From an uncultured Candidatus Saccharibacteria bacterium (GTDB taxonomy: Bacteria > Patescibacteriota > Minisyncoccia > UBA6257 > GWB1-50-10), in assembly GCA_964372445.1 (NCBI GenBank), contig CAYJQO010000015.1, positions 1 to 15,567 of the forward strand: a stretch of DNA of 15,567 nucleotides, read 5' to 3'. The notes beneath the pieces are model-generated. The model was not told where the DNA came from. It did not search any database and worked only from the letters and a program-made list of their open reading frames with translations. The first letter of the stretch is position 1; each line of letters starts with the position of its first letter. This document shows positions 6,489 through 15,567 of this stretch, piece after piece. The translations under genes were made by a program, and so were the position numbers.

Positions 6489-7295
6489 ATGGCGGCAATA
6501 GACGGTAGAAAAATAGCACAGGAGATCATCGGCGAGCTCAAGGGACAGCCGAAGCCCGAGAAGTTTCTCGCAGCGATCCTGGTCGGCGAGGATCCTGCCT
6601 CAGCGAGCTTCGTACAGCAGAAGGCCGTAGTAGCTAAAGAGCTCGGCGTGGATTTCCGGCTCTACCGGTTCCCGGCTGATATCAAACAGGATGTGCTGCG
6701 GAAGGAAGTCTTGAAAATCGCCCAGCATACAACCTGTGGCGGCGTGATCGTGCAGCTCCCACTTCCCGAACATATTGATCCGCAGTACGTGATGAACGTA
6801 ATCTCTCGGGAGAAGGATGTGGACGTGTTGGGCGAGCGTGCCCTTGGGGCTTTCTATGCAGGACGCAGTCCTGTGCAGCCACCGGCGGTTGGGGTGGTCG
6901 AGAAAATTTTACTAACTACTAGCTACCAGCTCCTGAACGCTCGGGTAGCGGTAATCGGCCGTGGTGCGCTGGTCGGGAAGCCGGTCGCCACGTGGCTTGC
7001 GGGTAAGGCCCGTGACCTCCGCGTCCTCCACCGCGGGAGCGATTTCAGTGCTCTGCGGGACGCCGATCTCGTGGTTACCGGCGCGGGTGAACCTGGCCTC
7101 ATCAAACCGGACATGCTCAAGCCCGGCGCCGGTGTGATTGACTTTGGTTACGGCGAAGCCAACGGCAAGCTGGTGGGCGACCTGGATACCTCTCATGACC
7201 TCTCACACCTCGCGTTCTACACGCCGACGCCCGGCGGCACCGGCCCCATTCTGGTCGCGCAATTATTTGAGAATTTTTACACGTTGGCCGCCTGA
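6489..7295 (+). CDS. folD: Bifunctional methylenetetrahydrofolate dehydrogenase / methenyltetrahydrofolate cyclohydrolase
   Basis: MAAIDGRKIAQEI... N-terminus, a Rossmann-like VAVIGRGALVGKPVA segment and the TPTPGGTGP motif near the C-terminus. About 268 aa from the ATG at 6489. Confidence 0.88.
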   Translation: MAAIDGRKIAQEIIGELKGQPKPEKFLAAILVGEDPASASFVQQKAVVAKELGVDFRLYRFPADIKQDVLRKEVLKIAQHTTCGGVIVQLPLPEHIDPQYVMNVISREKDVDVLGERALGAFYAGRSPVQPPAVGVVEKILLTTSYQLLNARVAVIGRGALVGKPVATWLAGKARDLRVLHRGSDFSALRDADLVVTGAGEPGLIKPDMLKPGAGVIDFGYGEANGKLVGDLDTSHDLSHLAFYTPTPGGTGPILVAQLFENFYTLAA

Positions 7296-7395
7296 TCTTT
7301 TTTATGAAATAAAAAACGCCACGGGTGGTTGCCAGCGGTGTTCATTTCTTTGGAAGTTTCTAGGGAAACTTCCGAGGCAATCGCTTCGGGAGTTT
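7296..7395. terminator. Convergent-gene terminator region between folD (+) and recA (-), with several hairpins
   Basis: AT palindrome CTTTTTTATGAAATAAAAAAC at ~7296-7316. GGAAGTTTC-TAGG-GAAACTTCC (7362-7383). CCGAGGCAATCGCTTCGG then GAGTTTTCATTCGTTTTCTC. Exact termination points cannot be determined. Confidence 0.4.
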
Positions 7396-8433
7396 TCATT
7401 CGTTTTCTCTGGGGCCGGTGGCGGCGGCTAACCCCTTTGTCTCTGCGGCAACTACCGCTTTCTTTTTGATCGCCTCGAGGAGCTTACGATCTTCTTTCAG
7501 TTTCATCCGGACGTTATCGAACCCGACGCCAAGCTTTTCTCCCTCAAAGCTATAGCTCGCGCCGGATTTCGTAACCGTGCCGTACTTGAGGGCGGTCGTG
7601 AGGACATCGCCCTCGTAGGAGATCCCCACGCCGTACATAATGTCGAACTCGGCGATCTTGAAGGGCGGTGCCACTTTATTCTTTACGACCTTCACCTTCA
7701 CCCGGCTTCCCACAATGTCCTCACCCTTCTTCACCTGGGCGATGCGGCGGATGTCGAGGCGTACCGAGGCGTAGAATTTGAGCGCCATGCCGCCCGGGGT
7801 GGTCTCGGGGTTCCCGAACACAATGCCAATCTTCATACGCGTCTGGTTGATGAAGATGACGATGGTGCCAGACTTCGCCGCAATCGCGGTGAGCTTCCGA
7901 AGGGCTTGGCTCATGAGCCGCGCCTGGAGCCCCATGTGCTGGGCGCCCATCTCGCCCTCGATTTCAGCGCGCGGGGTGAGCGCCGCCACGGAATCTACCA
8001 CGATGATCGAGATAATTCCGGACCGCACGAGGCTCTCAAGAATGTTCAGGGCCTCCTCGCCGTTGTCGGGCTGTGAGATGATGAGCTCTTTGGTTTTCAC
8101 GCCAATTTTCTCTGCGTAGTCGGGATCGAGGGCGTGCTCGGCATCGATGAAGGCGGCCCTCCCGCTACGGCGTTGCACCTCGGCGACTGCGTGGAGCGCC
8201 AATGTAGTTTTCCCGGAGGACTCTGGCCCGAAGATCTCGATAATCCTGCCCTTGGGAATCCCGCCGCCGAGGGCGAGGTCAAGGGAGAAGGAGCCGGTGG
8301 GGATCGTTTCAACGCGGACGCGGTGCTGCTCGCCGAGCTTCATGACCGCTCCCTCGCCGAAGCGAGACTGGAGCGACTCCATGAGGGCATCGAGGTCGTG
8401 CGCTTCTTCCTTTCCCTTCTTGCTGGGTGCCAT
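7396..8433 (-). CDS. recA: Recombinase RecA
   Basis: 345-aa ORF with Walker [13 protein letters not shown], the [14 protein letters not shown] motif, and IFINQ. Confidence 0.95.
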   Translation of the reverse strand: MAPSKKGKEEAHDLDALMESLQSRFGEGAVMKLGEQHRVRVETIPTGSFSLDLALGGGIPKGRIIEIFGPESSGKTTLALHAVAEVQRRSGRAAFIDAEHALDPDYAEKIGVKTKELIISQPDNGEEALNILESLVRSGIISIIVVDSVAALTPRAEIEGEMGAQHMGLQARLMSQALRKLTAIAAKSGTIVIFINQTRMKIGIVFGNPETTPGGMALKFYASVRLDIRRIAQVKKGEDIVGSRVKVKVVKNKVAPPFKIAEFDIMYGVGISYEGDVLTTALKYGTVTKSGASYSFEGEKLGVGFDNVRMKLKEDRKLLEAIKKKAVVAAETKGLAAATGPRENE

Positions 8434-8459
8434 TTTTTGGTTGGCTTGGCTTTGGTGAG

Positions 8460-9131
8460 CTAGTCTGCAGGCGTGGTGGTGCTTGTCTTGTCTCCGAGCT
8501 GCTGGTAGAAGACCTGCCGTGCTACCCGGCCCTCGCGGCCGAGGAATCGTCGCACCCTGAAGTCGAGCGTGTTGAACCCCGGCTCAAGGGTGCGGGTAAG
8601 CTCAAAGTGTCCGCTCTTGTCAGGATAGATGATCTCGCGGTTCAGCGTCAATTGATCACCGGGGCGTACCGTGCCGCTCACGGAGAGCGTCGGGTGGTTC
8701 ACCACGAGGTTATCCGGGAGGTTGGCAAGCGTGAGCTCGGGGCGTTCCAGGACCGATGAGATCCGGGTAGCCGCGTAGAGGAGCACGATGAGCGCGATCG
8801 CTGCCGCGGCAGCGTGCCGTTTGGTGAAACGCGTGGTGGCAAACCGGTTCCGTGGGAGCGTGTCACCGTGCCCAGATCGGCGAATCACGTCCCGGTCCCG
8901 TACGTACTCGGCCCAGAGCTGCTCCCCGTCTAAGCCGAGCACGGCAGCTACCTTCATGATGTACCCGTGGAAGTACGGTACAGCCGGGAGCCGATCAAGC
9001 TGCCCCTCAACCAGGAAGCTGAGGTAGCGTTCAGAAATCCCCGTTGCCTGGGAGAGCTTCTCCACGGACATACCCTTCGTGCGGAGGGCATCCACGATGA
9101 GCGCTGACAGATCCTTGAGGTTCCGTTCCAT
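8460..9131 (-). CDS. RodZ-like membrane protein with N-terminal XRE-type helix-turn-helix
   Basis: Start taken at internal Met ([43 protein letters not shown]...[21 protein letters not shown]), a typical RodZ N-terminal HTH. One TM segment ([15 protein letters not shown]). The C-terminal beta-rich domain ends 27 nt upstream of recA. Confidence 0.6.
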   Translation of the reverse strand: MERNLKDLSALIVDALRTKGMSVEKLSQATGISERYLSFLVEGQLDRLPAVPYFHGYIMKVAAVLGLDGEQLWAEYVRDRDVIRRSGHGDTLPRNRFATTRFTKRHAAAAAIALIVLLYAATRISSVLERPELTLANLPDNLVVNHPTLSVSGTVRPGDQLTLNREIIYPDKSGHFELTRTLEPGFNTLDFRVRRFLGREGRVARQVFYQQLGDKTSTTTPAD

Positions 9132-9172
9132 AGTAGCCGCTGGTTTTACCACTATACCGCGCATGGAGGTCC

Positions 9173-11263
9173 CTAGCCACCCGCTAGAATGTCTCGCGGC
9201 TTGGCGCCCTCCCCGGGGCCGACCACGCCACGTTCTTCCATCATATCGAGGAGCCTGGCAGCCCTGGCGTAGCCCACCTTGAGCCGGCGCTGGAGGAGCG
9301 AGGCGGATGCCTTCTTTGCCGTTTTCACCAGCTCCACCGCTTGCTCGTAGAGCTCGTCGTCATCTCCCTCCGGGATCGCGAAATCGTCAAACGATGGCTT
9401 GCCGTTCGCGGGTTCGTCGGTATCGTCGAGGGCCACGGTTTCCTCGGGCGGCTGGTTGTGCTTCCGAATGAACGAGGCAACCTTCCCGATCTCCTCCTCG
9501 GTCACGTAGGCGCCCTGGATGCGCGTCGGCTTCGTCTTTTCGGTCGAAACGTAGAGGAGGTCACCGTGCCCCAGGAGCTTCTCTGCGCCAGCGCTATCGA
9601 TGATGGTTCGCGAGTCAATCTGGCTCGCCACCTGGAGCGCGATGCGGGTGGTGATGTTCGCCTTGATGAGCCCCGTGATGACCTCGACCGAGGGGCGCTG
9701 CGTTGAAACTATGAGGTGGATCCCGGTAGCGCGCGACATCTGCGCGAGGCGGATGATCGAACCCTCCACCTCGTGGCCGTAGGTTGCCATGAGATCGGCG
9801 AGCTCGTCGATTACGATCAGGATGTACGGCAGTGGCTCGCCGCCGCTGCGGTTAAAGCTCCTAATGTCGCGCACGCCGGCCGCAAGGAGCAGCTCGTAGC
9901 GCCGGTCCATCTCGCCAATGACCCAGCGGAGCGCCCCCATCGCCTTCTTGCTGTCCGTGACGACCGGGGCGATGAGGTGCGGGATGGCGTCGTAGACCGA
10001 GAGCTCCACTCGCTTCGGATCGATTAGGATGAGGCGCAGCATGGCAGGCGAGTTTTTGAAAAGGAGCGAGAGGAGGAGCGTGTGGATGGTGATCGACTTG
10101 CCGGAGCCGGTGGCGCCGGCAACCAGGAGGTGCGGCATGCGGTCTATGTTCGGGAAGATCGGTTCCCCTTGGACGTTCCGGCCGAGTGCGAAGGAGAGCG
10201 GGTCCGCTTTCTGGAACTCGGGGTACATGAGGAGGCTCCCCAGGCGTACCAGGGCCGCTGCCTTGTTGGGTACCTCAATGCCCACGAGTGACTTGCCGGG
10301 GATGGGTGCCTCGATGCGGATCGGATGCGCGGCCAAGGCGAGCGCGAGGTCCTGGTTCAGCGCGGTGATGCGCGCGAGCTTCACCCCCTCGGCCGGTTTG
10401 AGGGTGTAGCGGGTGACCGACGGGCCTACGTTGATCTCCCCCATCTCGACGGGTACGCCGAATGACTCGAGGGTCCGCTTGATCACGTTCGCGTTTGCCT
10501 GGAGGTCGCCAATGGTTGGTTTCTCGACGGAGGTGGCGAGGAGCGAGAGAGGCGGGGGCGTGTAGTTCTGGATGGGCCGCGGCTGCACGATCTTAAGCTC
10601 CCCTACCCTTGGCTCTGCCACCCGCTCCTTTTTGCCCTGGGACGCCTCGGCTGCCGGGGCTTCGGCTGGCTCTACGGCTGCCGGAGCCGCGACCGGTGCG
10701 GTCACGGTGAGGTTCGTTTCGGCCTTACCGCCGGCATCCCCCCCTCCCTTCCCGGGTCTCATAGCCCGGATTGAGGCTGGGATCTTGAGCGGCCGGTTCA
10801 CCGTGGCAAGGAATGAGGCAACGAGCGCGGTTGCGGTGATCACGAGCGAAGCCGGTACCCCGAACGGATGCTTCAGGGCCCCGACGATCGTGCCGGTTAG
10901 CCCCCCGTTCCCGGGCGAGATGATATCAATGAGGCCGAGCCCGGAGGTCACGAAGATCGCGCTCCCGATAATGGTCATCCCCCAGAGGTTGCGCCGCTCC
11001 GGGGTGAGGAACGAGAGCGCGATGATGAAGGTTGCGAACGGGAGCAGGTAGTACCCCCAGCCGAAGAACTTTTTGAGGAGTGTATAGAACTGGTTACCCC
11101 ACGGGCCGGACTGGCCGGCGGCCGCCAGAATGAGCAGGAGCGTGACGCCGAGGAAGACAACCACCACTACGCTGCGTTTCGTGTCGGGGTGGAGCTGGAT
11201 CGGCCGCGCATCGGCGTCGAGCTTGAGCTCTTTCCTTTCCTTTCGAGAGATTTTTTTTGCCAT
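9173..11263 (-). CDS. ftsK: DNA translocase FtsK/SpoIIIE
   Basis: 696 aa. N-terminal TM helices, a Pro/Ala-rich linker and a C-terminal motor domain with Walker A LLVAGATGSGKS. Confidence 0.9.
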   Translation of the reverse strand: MAKKISRKERKELKLDADARPIQLHPDTKRSVVVVVFLGVTLLLILAAAGQSGPWGNQFYTLLKKFFGWGYYLLPFATFIIALSFLTPERRNLWGMTIIGSAIFVTSGLGLIDIISPGNGGLTGTIVGALKHPFGVPASLVITATALVASFLATVNRPLKIPASIRAMRPGKGGGDAGGKAETNLTVTAPVAAPAAVEPAEAPAAEASQGKKERVAEPRVGELKIVQPRPIQNYTPPPLSLLATSVEKPTIGDLQANANVIKRTLESFGVPVEMGEINVGPSVTRYTLKPAEGVKLARITALNQDLALALAAHPIRIEAPIPGKSLVGIEVPNKAAALVRLGSLLMYPEFQKADPLSFALGRNVQGEPIFPNIDRMPHLLVAGATGSGKSITIHTLLLSLLFKNSPAMLRLILIDPKRVELSVYDAIPHLIAPVVTDSKKAMGALRWVIGEMDRRYELLLAAGVRDIRSFNRSGGEPLPYILIVIDELADLMATYGHEVEGSIIRLAQMSRATGIHLIVSTQRPSVEVITGLIKANITTRIALQVASQIDSRTIIDSAGAEKLLGHGDLLYVSTEKTKPTRIQGAYVTEEEIGKVASFIRKHNQPPEETVALDDTDEPANGKPSFDDFAIPEGDDDELYEQAVELVKTAKKASASLLQRRLKVGYARAARLLDMMEERGVVGPGEGAKPRDILAGG

Positions 11264-11307
11264 CAGCGCAGTTCAATTAAAGGTGAAAATCGGGTAACAT
11301 TCAAGGA

Positions 11308-11718
11308 ATGGTGCGGTCTATCTTCAAGGCATATGACGTCCGCGGCGAATATCCGAGGGAGGTGAACGAGGTGGTAGTTCGGCGGATAGGGCTAGCGCTT
11401 GGGCGGTTTTTTACCCATGGGAAAGTGGTTGTTGGCCACGACGGCCGCCTGAGCTCACCGGCGCTCTACCGGGCGCTCAAGGCTGGTCTAGCGGCTGGCG
11501 GCGTGAGCGCCGGCCGCCTTATAGCGGTGTCGCTCTCGACCACGCCGATGCTCTACTTTGCCGTGCACCGCATGAAAGCGGCGGGAGGGGTCATGGTGAC
11601 CGCATCCCACAACCCCGCGCCCATGAACGGGCTCAAGGTGGTAGGGAAGGACGCAGCTCCCATGAGCGGCTTTTCGGTTGAGAAGTTGCTTAGGGTAGGG
11701 GTAGAGGCTACGAGATGA
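11308..11718 (+). CDS. Phosphohexomutase (phosphomannomutase/phosphoglucomutase family), N-terminal domain I fragment
   Basis: Contains the active-site phosphoserine loop TASHNPAPMNG. The ORF ends in TGA that overlaps the ATG of the next ORF (ATGA). The remaining phosphohexomutase domains are in the downstream ORF. Confidence 0.7.
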   Translation: MVRSIFKAYDVRGEYPREVNEVVVRRIGLALGRFFTHGKVVVGHDGRLSSPALYRALKAGLAAGGVSAGRLIAVSLSTTPMLYFAVHRMKAAGGVMVTASHNPAPMNGLKVVGKDAAPMSGFSVEKLLRVGVEATR

Positions 11719-12599
11719 ACTTCAAAGAAACCTACATCCATTTCCTTCGTGGGTTTCTTGACCTACAGCGGCCGCTCAAGGTCGTGTTCGATTTCTCCAA
11801 TGGGCCGACCGCATCCGTGGTGCCTCGGCTTGTCCGAGGGTACCGGCTCATGAACCCTGCCTACCTTGACCGTCGCCTGAGCGGTAATTTCCCCGGGCAC
11901 GGCCCCAATCCGATGGCGGGGAGGGGCATCATGCATCTGCACCGGGAGGTGCTCCGCCGAGGAGCTGACCTTGGCGTCATCTTTGACGCCGATGGAGATC
12001 GCGCCTTCTTCGTGGACGGTCGGGGTCGCTGGGTTCCCCCGCACGTCGTGGCGCACCTGCTCTTTCACCACCACCGGCCGCCCTACGTTGCTGATCAGAT
12101 TGTTGCAACCACGCTCGGGAAAGCTGATCCGTTCACCGGGCAGCATCTGCACCGATCGCGCGTCGGATCGTACTTCGTGAAGCAGCTGATGCGGCGCATA
12201 GGCGCCAGCGTCGGGGTGGAGTACTCTGGGCACCACTACTTCAAAGATTTTTTCTACGTTGATGCGGGGATTTTTTCGGCGATCAAGGTTATGGGTGCGG
12301 TCTCCCGCCTCCCCTACGCACTCGCCGATTACGTTGACCTTCTCCCGAAGCAAATCTACGCGCAGCTCATCAACATTCGAACCACTGAACCGAAGCATGT
12401 GGTGGAACGGATCACCCGCCAGTTCCGGCCGAGAGCGAGGAGCGCGAGCCAGATCGATGGCGTCACCATCGACTTCGGAGCATGGTGGCTCACCGCCCGC
12501 CCCTCGAATACCGAACCGCTGGTTCGCGTGTTCATCGGTGCCTACGAGCGTGGTGAGCTCAAGCGCGCCACGGTAGCTGTCCGGCGGACCATACGCTGA
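11715..12599 (+). CDS. Phosphohexomutase (PMM/PGM family), domains II-IV fragment
   Basis: LKVVFDFSNGPTASVV, FDADGDRAFFVD (metal-binding DxDxDR loop) and GVEYSGHHYF, all typical of PMM/PGM. Frame differs by -1 from the upstream fragment. Confidence 0.7.
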   Translation: MNFKETYIHFLRGFLDLQRPLKVVFDFSNGPTASVVPRLVRGYRLMNPAYLDRRLSGNFPGHGPNPMAGRGIMHLHREVLRRGADLGVIFDADGDRAFFVDGRGRWVPPHVVAHLLFHHHRPPYVADQIVATTLGKADPFTGQHLHRSRVGSYFVKQLMRRIGASVGVEYSGHHYFKDFFYVDAGIFSAIKVMGAVSRLPYALADYVDLLPKQIYAQLINIRTTEPKHVVERITRQFRPRARSASQIDGVTIDFGAWWLTARPSNTEPLVRVFIGAYERGELKRATVAVRRTIR

Positions 12600-12649
12600 A
12601 CAGGGCTGAATCAGCTCCACCGGGTACTCCCACCGTTAGCTGGCGGCTA

Positions 12650-12679
12650 TTGACAGATAGAATCAAGTTGTTTTATAAT
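12650..12679 (+). promoter_or_regulatory. Consensus sigma70 promoter TTGACA-N18-TATAAT upstream of the NfeD/flotillin operon
   Basis: TTGACA at 12650-12655 and TATAAT at 12674-12679, in an AT-rich intergenic stretch. SD AAAGGA precedes ATG 12731. Confidence 0.55.
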
Positions 12680-12730
12680 TCTGCCAGCCTAATTGTCAAT
12701 TTAATCACAGCAGGAAAGGAATAAATTAAC

Positions 12731-13297
12731 ATGATGGAGTATCTGAAAAACCTACCCGCCTTCTTGGTGTTTCTCTCAATCGGCGGTTTCGGGCTCTGCG
12801 TTATGGTCTTCTCACGACTCTTTGGTGGCCTCGGCGAGGCTGAGAGCGACGTTGACCACGACATCGAGTCGCACGACGGCTCCGCGCACGAGCACGGTGG
12901 CCCGAGCTTCTTCTCCGTACGAATCATGAGCGTCCTCGTGACGGTCTTTGGATTCGGTGGAGCAATCTCGGTGCAAGCTGGTGCCGTGGCGTGGGTTGCG
13001 TCGATCATTGGTCTCTTGGGCGGGACAGTTGTCTCGCTCATGGTCTTCGGCGTCGCGGCCATCGCGTACAAGAGTCAGGCGACCTCGGTCGTGTCTGACC
13101 GCGATCTCATCGGTCAGGTCGGCACCGTGGTCGTTGGGATTGCACCGCCCGGCATCGGACGGGTGCGATTCACGATCGGCGGCGTGGGCATTGAAAAGCT
13201 CGCGCAGGTCGAAACGAGCCAAGGGGAGCTCATGACGAACACCACGGTCCAAGTGGTGAGCGTCGTAGGGAACCAAGTTGTTGTACGCCGCCTCTGA
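12731..13297 (+). CDS. NfeD-like membrane protein (YuaF-like partner of flotillin)
   Basis: 188 aa. N-terminal TM helices and a C-terminal beta/OB-like region (GQVGTVVVGIAPPGIGRVRF...GELMTNTTVQVVSVVGNQVVVRRL). Directly upstream of the flotillin gene, as in the yuaF-floT arrangement. Confidence 0.75.
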   Translation: MMEYLKNLPAFLVFLSIGGFGLCVMVFSRLFGGLGEAESDVDHDIESHDGSAHEHGGPSFFSVRIMSVLVTVFGFGGAISVQAGAVAWVASIIGLLGGTVVSLMVFGVAAIAYKSQATSVVSDRDLIGQVGTVVVGIAPPGIGRVRFTIGGVGIEKLAQVETSQGELMTNTTVQVVSVVGNQVVVRRL

Positions 13298-13331
13298 CCT
13301 GTGGTTGGGGCGTCGAAGGATGTACTGATTA

Positions 13332-13351
13332 ATTCACTAACCATTCACTAA
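13332..13351 (+). repeat. Tandem direct repeat ATTCACTAA-CC-ATTCACTAA between the nfeD-like and flotillin genes
   Basis: Two exact 9-mers with 11-bp period (13332-13340 and 13343-13351), 20 nt upstream of the flotillin SD (GAAAGGAG). Confidence 0.4.
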
Positions 13352-13371
13352 TTCTGAAAGGAGTAAACCGT

Positions 13372-14988
13372 ATGGGCTTTACATTGCCTATTCTGGTTAT
13401 AGGAATTGCGTTTGCTCTCGTCATGGGCATCGCGAGTTTCTTACGGAACTACATCCGCGTTGCACCGAACGAGGCAGCAATCCTCTACGGTCGGAAGCGG
13501 ACGGTTGAGGTAACCGTTATGGAGAAGGATCCGGAGGGCGGAGAGATGAAACCGGTGAGGAAGACAAGGCAGGTCGGCTTCCGAATCGTGAAGGGCGGAG
13601 CCGCCCTAAAGTGGCCGCTCTTTGAGAAGGTTGCCTACCTGCCGCTGAACGTTATGACCCTTCCTGTTGAGGTGAAGGGCGTCTACTCGAAGGACGGCGT
13701 CTCCGTGAACGTCGCGGCGATCGCGAACGTGAAGATCAAGGGTGACGAGGTGTCCATCGAGGCGGCAGCCGAGCGCTTCCTCGGCAAGAAGGTCGAGGAG
13801 ATCCAGACGACGATCGAGGAGACGCTCCAGGGCCACCTGCGCGCGATCATCGGCAAGATGACGCCGCAGGAGCTCTACGGCGACCGCGATAAATTCTCGC
13901 GTGAGGTGCAGTCAGCCGCCGGCGTCGAGCTCGAGGCCATGGGCATTTCGATAGACAACCTTCCCATCAAGGAGGTCACCGACCCGCACGGCTACCTCGA
14001 TGCCTTGGGCCGCACCAAGATCGCCGAGGTTAAGAAGACCGCGGAGATCGGGGAAGCTGAGGCGAAGCGAGACTCAATGAAGAAGTCAAGTGATGCCGAT
14101 AAGGAGGCACAGCTCACCATAGCTGAAAACGCGGTGCTGATCTCTCAAGCTCAGAAGGACCGGGATATTCAGCAAGCGCAATTCAAGGCGCTTGTCGGAG
14201 CTGAGCAGGCCAAGGCTGAGAAAGCACACGAGATTGCCATGGCAGCCCAAGAAGAGATTCTGAAGGTCGCCCAGGCGAAACGTGACGCTGCCCAGAATGA
14301 AGCCTTGATCGAGGTGCAGAAGCAGGAAGCACTTCGCAAGGAGCAGGAGCTCATAGCAACCATCGTGAAGCAGGCAGAGGCCGAGAAGAAGGCCGCGATT
14401 ACCAAGGCTGAACAGGAAAAAGAAGTCATGATTCTCAACGCTGACGCTGCAGCGGAAAAGCTGAAGCGCGAAGCTGAAGGCAAGATGGAAGCTCTCCAGA
14501 ATGAAGGCAAAGGCGAAGCTTCAAAGAAGCAGGCGCTCCTCGAGGCACAGGCCAAGGGTGACGCTGCGACGGTGCGCGAGAAGCTGACCGCCGAAGCCGA
14601 GGGAACAGAGAAGCTTGCCGCAGCCCTGGCCAAGATGACTACCGACGCGAAGCTCATCATCATCCTCGACAAACTCCCGCTGCTCATCGATAAGGGTGGC
14701 GAGGCCATGTCGAAGGTTGCAGAGAGCATGTTTAAGTCGGTGGCAGCGCCCTTTGCCAACATCGACTCGCTCCACATTGTGGATATCGGCGGCAACGGTC
14801 AAGCGCTCAATAAATTGGGCTCGGTCGTGCCGCAGACGGTCCTCAATGTCCTTGCAGGTTTCAAGGCCATAGGCGTGGACATCACGCCCATCCTCGATAA
14901 GTTCGGCATCAATACCGAGGATATGGAGAAGGTTCTCGGGCCGATGTTCAAGAAGGTCGAGAAGCCGACCGCGACGGTTGACGCGTGA
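13372..14988 (+). CDS. floT: Flotillin-like SPFH/band-7 protein (FloT/YuaG-like)
   Basis: 538 aa. N-terminal membrane anchor, an SPFH domain, and a long Ala/Glu/Lys-rich coiled-coil (EA-repeat-like) region. Architecture and length match bacterial flotillin. Confidence 0.88.
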   Translation: MGFTLPILVIGIAFALVMGIASFLRNYIRVAPNEAAILYGRKRTVEVTVMEKDPEGGEMKPVRKTRQVGFRIVKGGAALKWPLFEKVAYLPLNVMTLPVEVKGVYSKDGVSVNVAAIANVKIKGDEVSIEAAAERFLGKKVEEIQTTIEETLQGHLRAIIGKMTPQELYGDRDKFSREVQSAAGVELEAMGISIDNLPIKEVTDPHGYLDALGRTKIAEVKKTAEIGEAEAKRDSMKKSSDADKEAQLTIAENAVLISQAQKDRDIQQAQFKALVGAEQAKAEKAHEIAMAAQEEILKVAQAKRDAAQNEALIEVQKQEALRKEQELIATIVKQAEAEKKAAITKAEQEKEVMILNADAAAEKLKREAEGKMEALQNEGKGEASKKQALLEAQAKGDAATVREKLTAEAEGTEKLAAALAKMTTDAKLIIILDKLPLLIDKGGEAMSKVAESMFKSVAAPFANIDSLHIVDIGGNGQALNKLGSVVPQTVLNVLAGFKAIGVDITPILDKFGINTEDMEKVLGPMFKKVEKPTATVDA

Positions 14989-14996
14989 GGTGACCC

Positions 14997-15560
14997 ATGA
15001 CAGAAACACAGACCATCACGCGCGATCAAGTTAACGTGGCACCGGCGACCGGCAAGGTCCAGGTGATCTTCCCGGTGGTCCAGAACCCGAAGCCAAAAGC
15101 ACTCGTCGTCCACTGTGCCGACGTGCGTTTCCGCAGAGCCTTCCGAAATTTCATCGAGGGCGATACGGAGACGGGATGCCTTGGTTTCAAGGAAGAAGAG
15201 TACGTGAGCCTCGTGATCCCCGGTGGAGTCAGTTCGTTAAGTGAAGTCCTCACACTTCCCAAGCAATTCAAGGTTGCGAAGGAGCAGATCGAGTCCATCA
15301 CCGACCACTTCCCGACGATCACGCACGTGGTCCTCATCAACCATGAGGACTGCGCCCCGTACGAGACGCTTCGAAGTAAAATCGGAGCAGCTTTCCTCCG
15401 GCGAGTGAGTTCACTCCTTGAGCGTCAGCAAATTGATCTCGTCCAGGCGGCGAAGACCATTATGGGCTTCGGCACCATCCAGGCGAGCGTGGAGGTCTAC
15501 ATGGCGAAGTTCGCCAATCAAGACCACACGCAGGTGACGTTCGAAACGATTCAACTCTGA
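14997..15560 (+). CDS. Hypothetical protein, possibly divergent beta-carbonic-anhydrase-like
   Basis: Starts 9 nt after the flotillin stop. Contains HCADVR (CxDxR-like) and NHEDC (HxxC-like) in the order of beta-CA zinc ligands, but the spacing (76 aa) is longer than in canonical beta-CAs. Assignment is tentative. Confidence 0.35.
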   Translation: MTETQTITRDQVNVAPATGKVQVIFPVVQNPKPKALVVHCADVRFRRAFRNFIEGDTETGCLGFKEEEYVSLVIPGGVSSLSEVLTLPKQFKVAKEQIESITDHFPTITHVVLINHEDCAPYETLRSKIGAAFLRRVSSLLERQQIDLVQAAKTIMGFGTIQASVEVYMAKFANQDHTQVTFETIQL

Positions 15561-15567
15561 GTGAACG

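Noticed and set aside
11763-12620. 285-aa minus-strand ORF
   Set aside because: It is entirely antisense to the phosphohexomutase fragment, which carries conserved catalytic motifs. It is a high-GC shadow ORF.
14169-14795. 208-aa and 162-aa minus-strand ORFs inside the flotillin gene
   Set aside because: They are antisense to the repetitive Ala/Glu/Lys-coding region of flotillin. The Ser/Ala-rich low-complexity translation is an artefact.
1-15567. CRISPR arrays, IS elements, integrases, rRNA
   Set aside because: No regularly spaced direct repeats, no transposase- or integrase-like ORFs and no rRNA-like segments were seen anywhere in the window.

Overview
High-GC bacterial chromosomal segment, compactly organised with several overlapping start/stop codons; taxon cannot be determined from sequence alone. 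Recognisable housekeeping genes: tRNA-Val(TAC), glyA (serine hydroxymethyltransferase), folD, recA on the minus strand, a RodZ-like HTH membrane protein, ftsK, a phosphohexomutase (PMM/PGM family) split into two ORFs, and an NfeD-like/flotillin (floT-like) operon followed by a beta-carbonic-anhydrase-like ORF. The region most worth a second look lies between the two one-carbon-metabolism genes glyA and folD (about 2990-6490). This ~3.5 kb stretch contains only poorly characterised genes. First comes a small Zn-ribbon protein with two DnaJ-type CxxCxGxG motifs, translationally overlapped (TTGA) by a 22-codon Cys/Asp-rich micro-ORF. Then there is a ~250-nt ORF-poor segment bracketed by two intrinsic terminators with a sigma70-like promoter, a candidate sRNA. 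A perfect 8-6-8 inverted repeat precedes a 465-aa protein with no recognisable motifs, followed by an alpha/beta-hydrolase and a terminator-flanked 63-aa highly basic protein. A second item of interest is an overlapping pair of RNase H-fold nucleases (YkuK/DUF458-like plus a DEDDy 3'-5' exonuclease) immediately downstream of the tRNA. No CRISPR array, IS element or rRNA is visible. Most minus-strand ORFs that overlap long plus-strand genes are high-GC artefacts.
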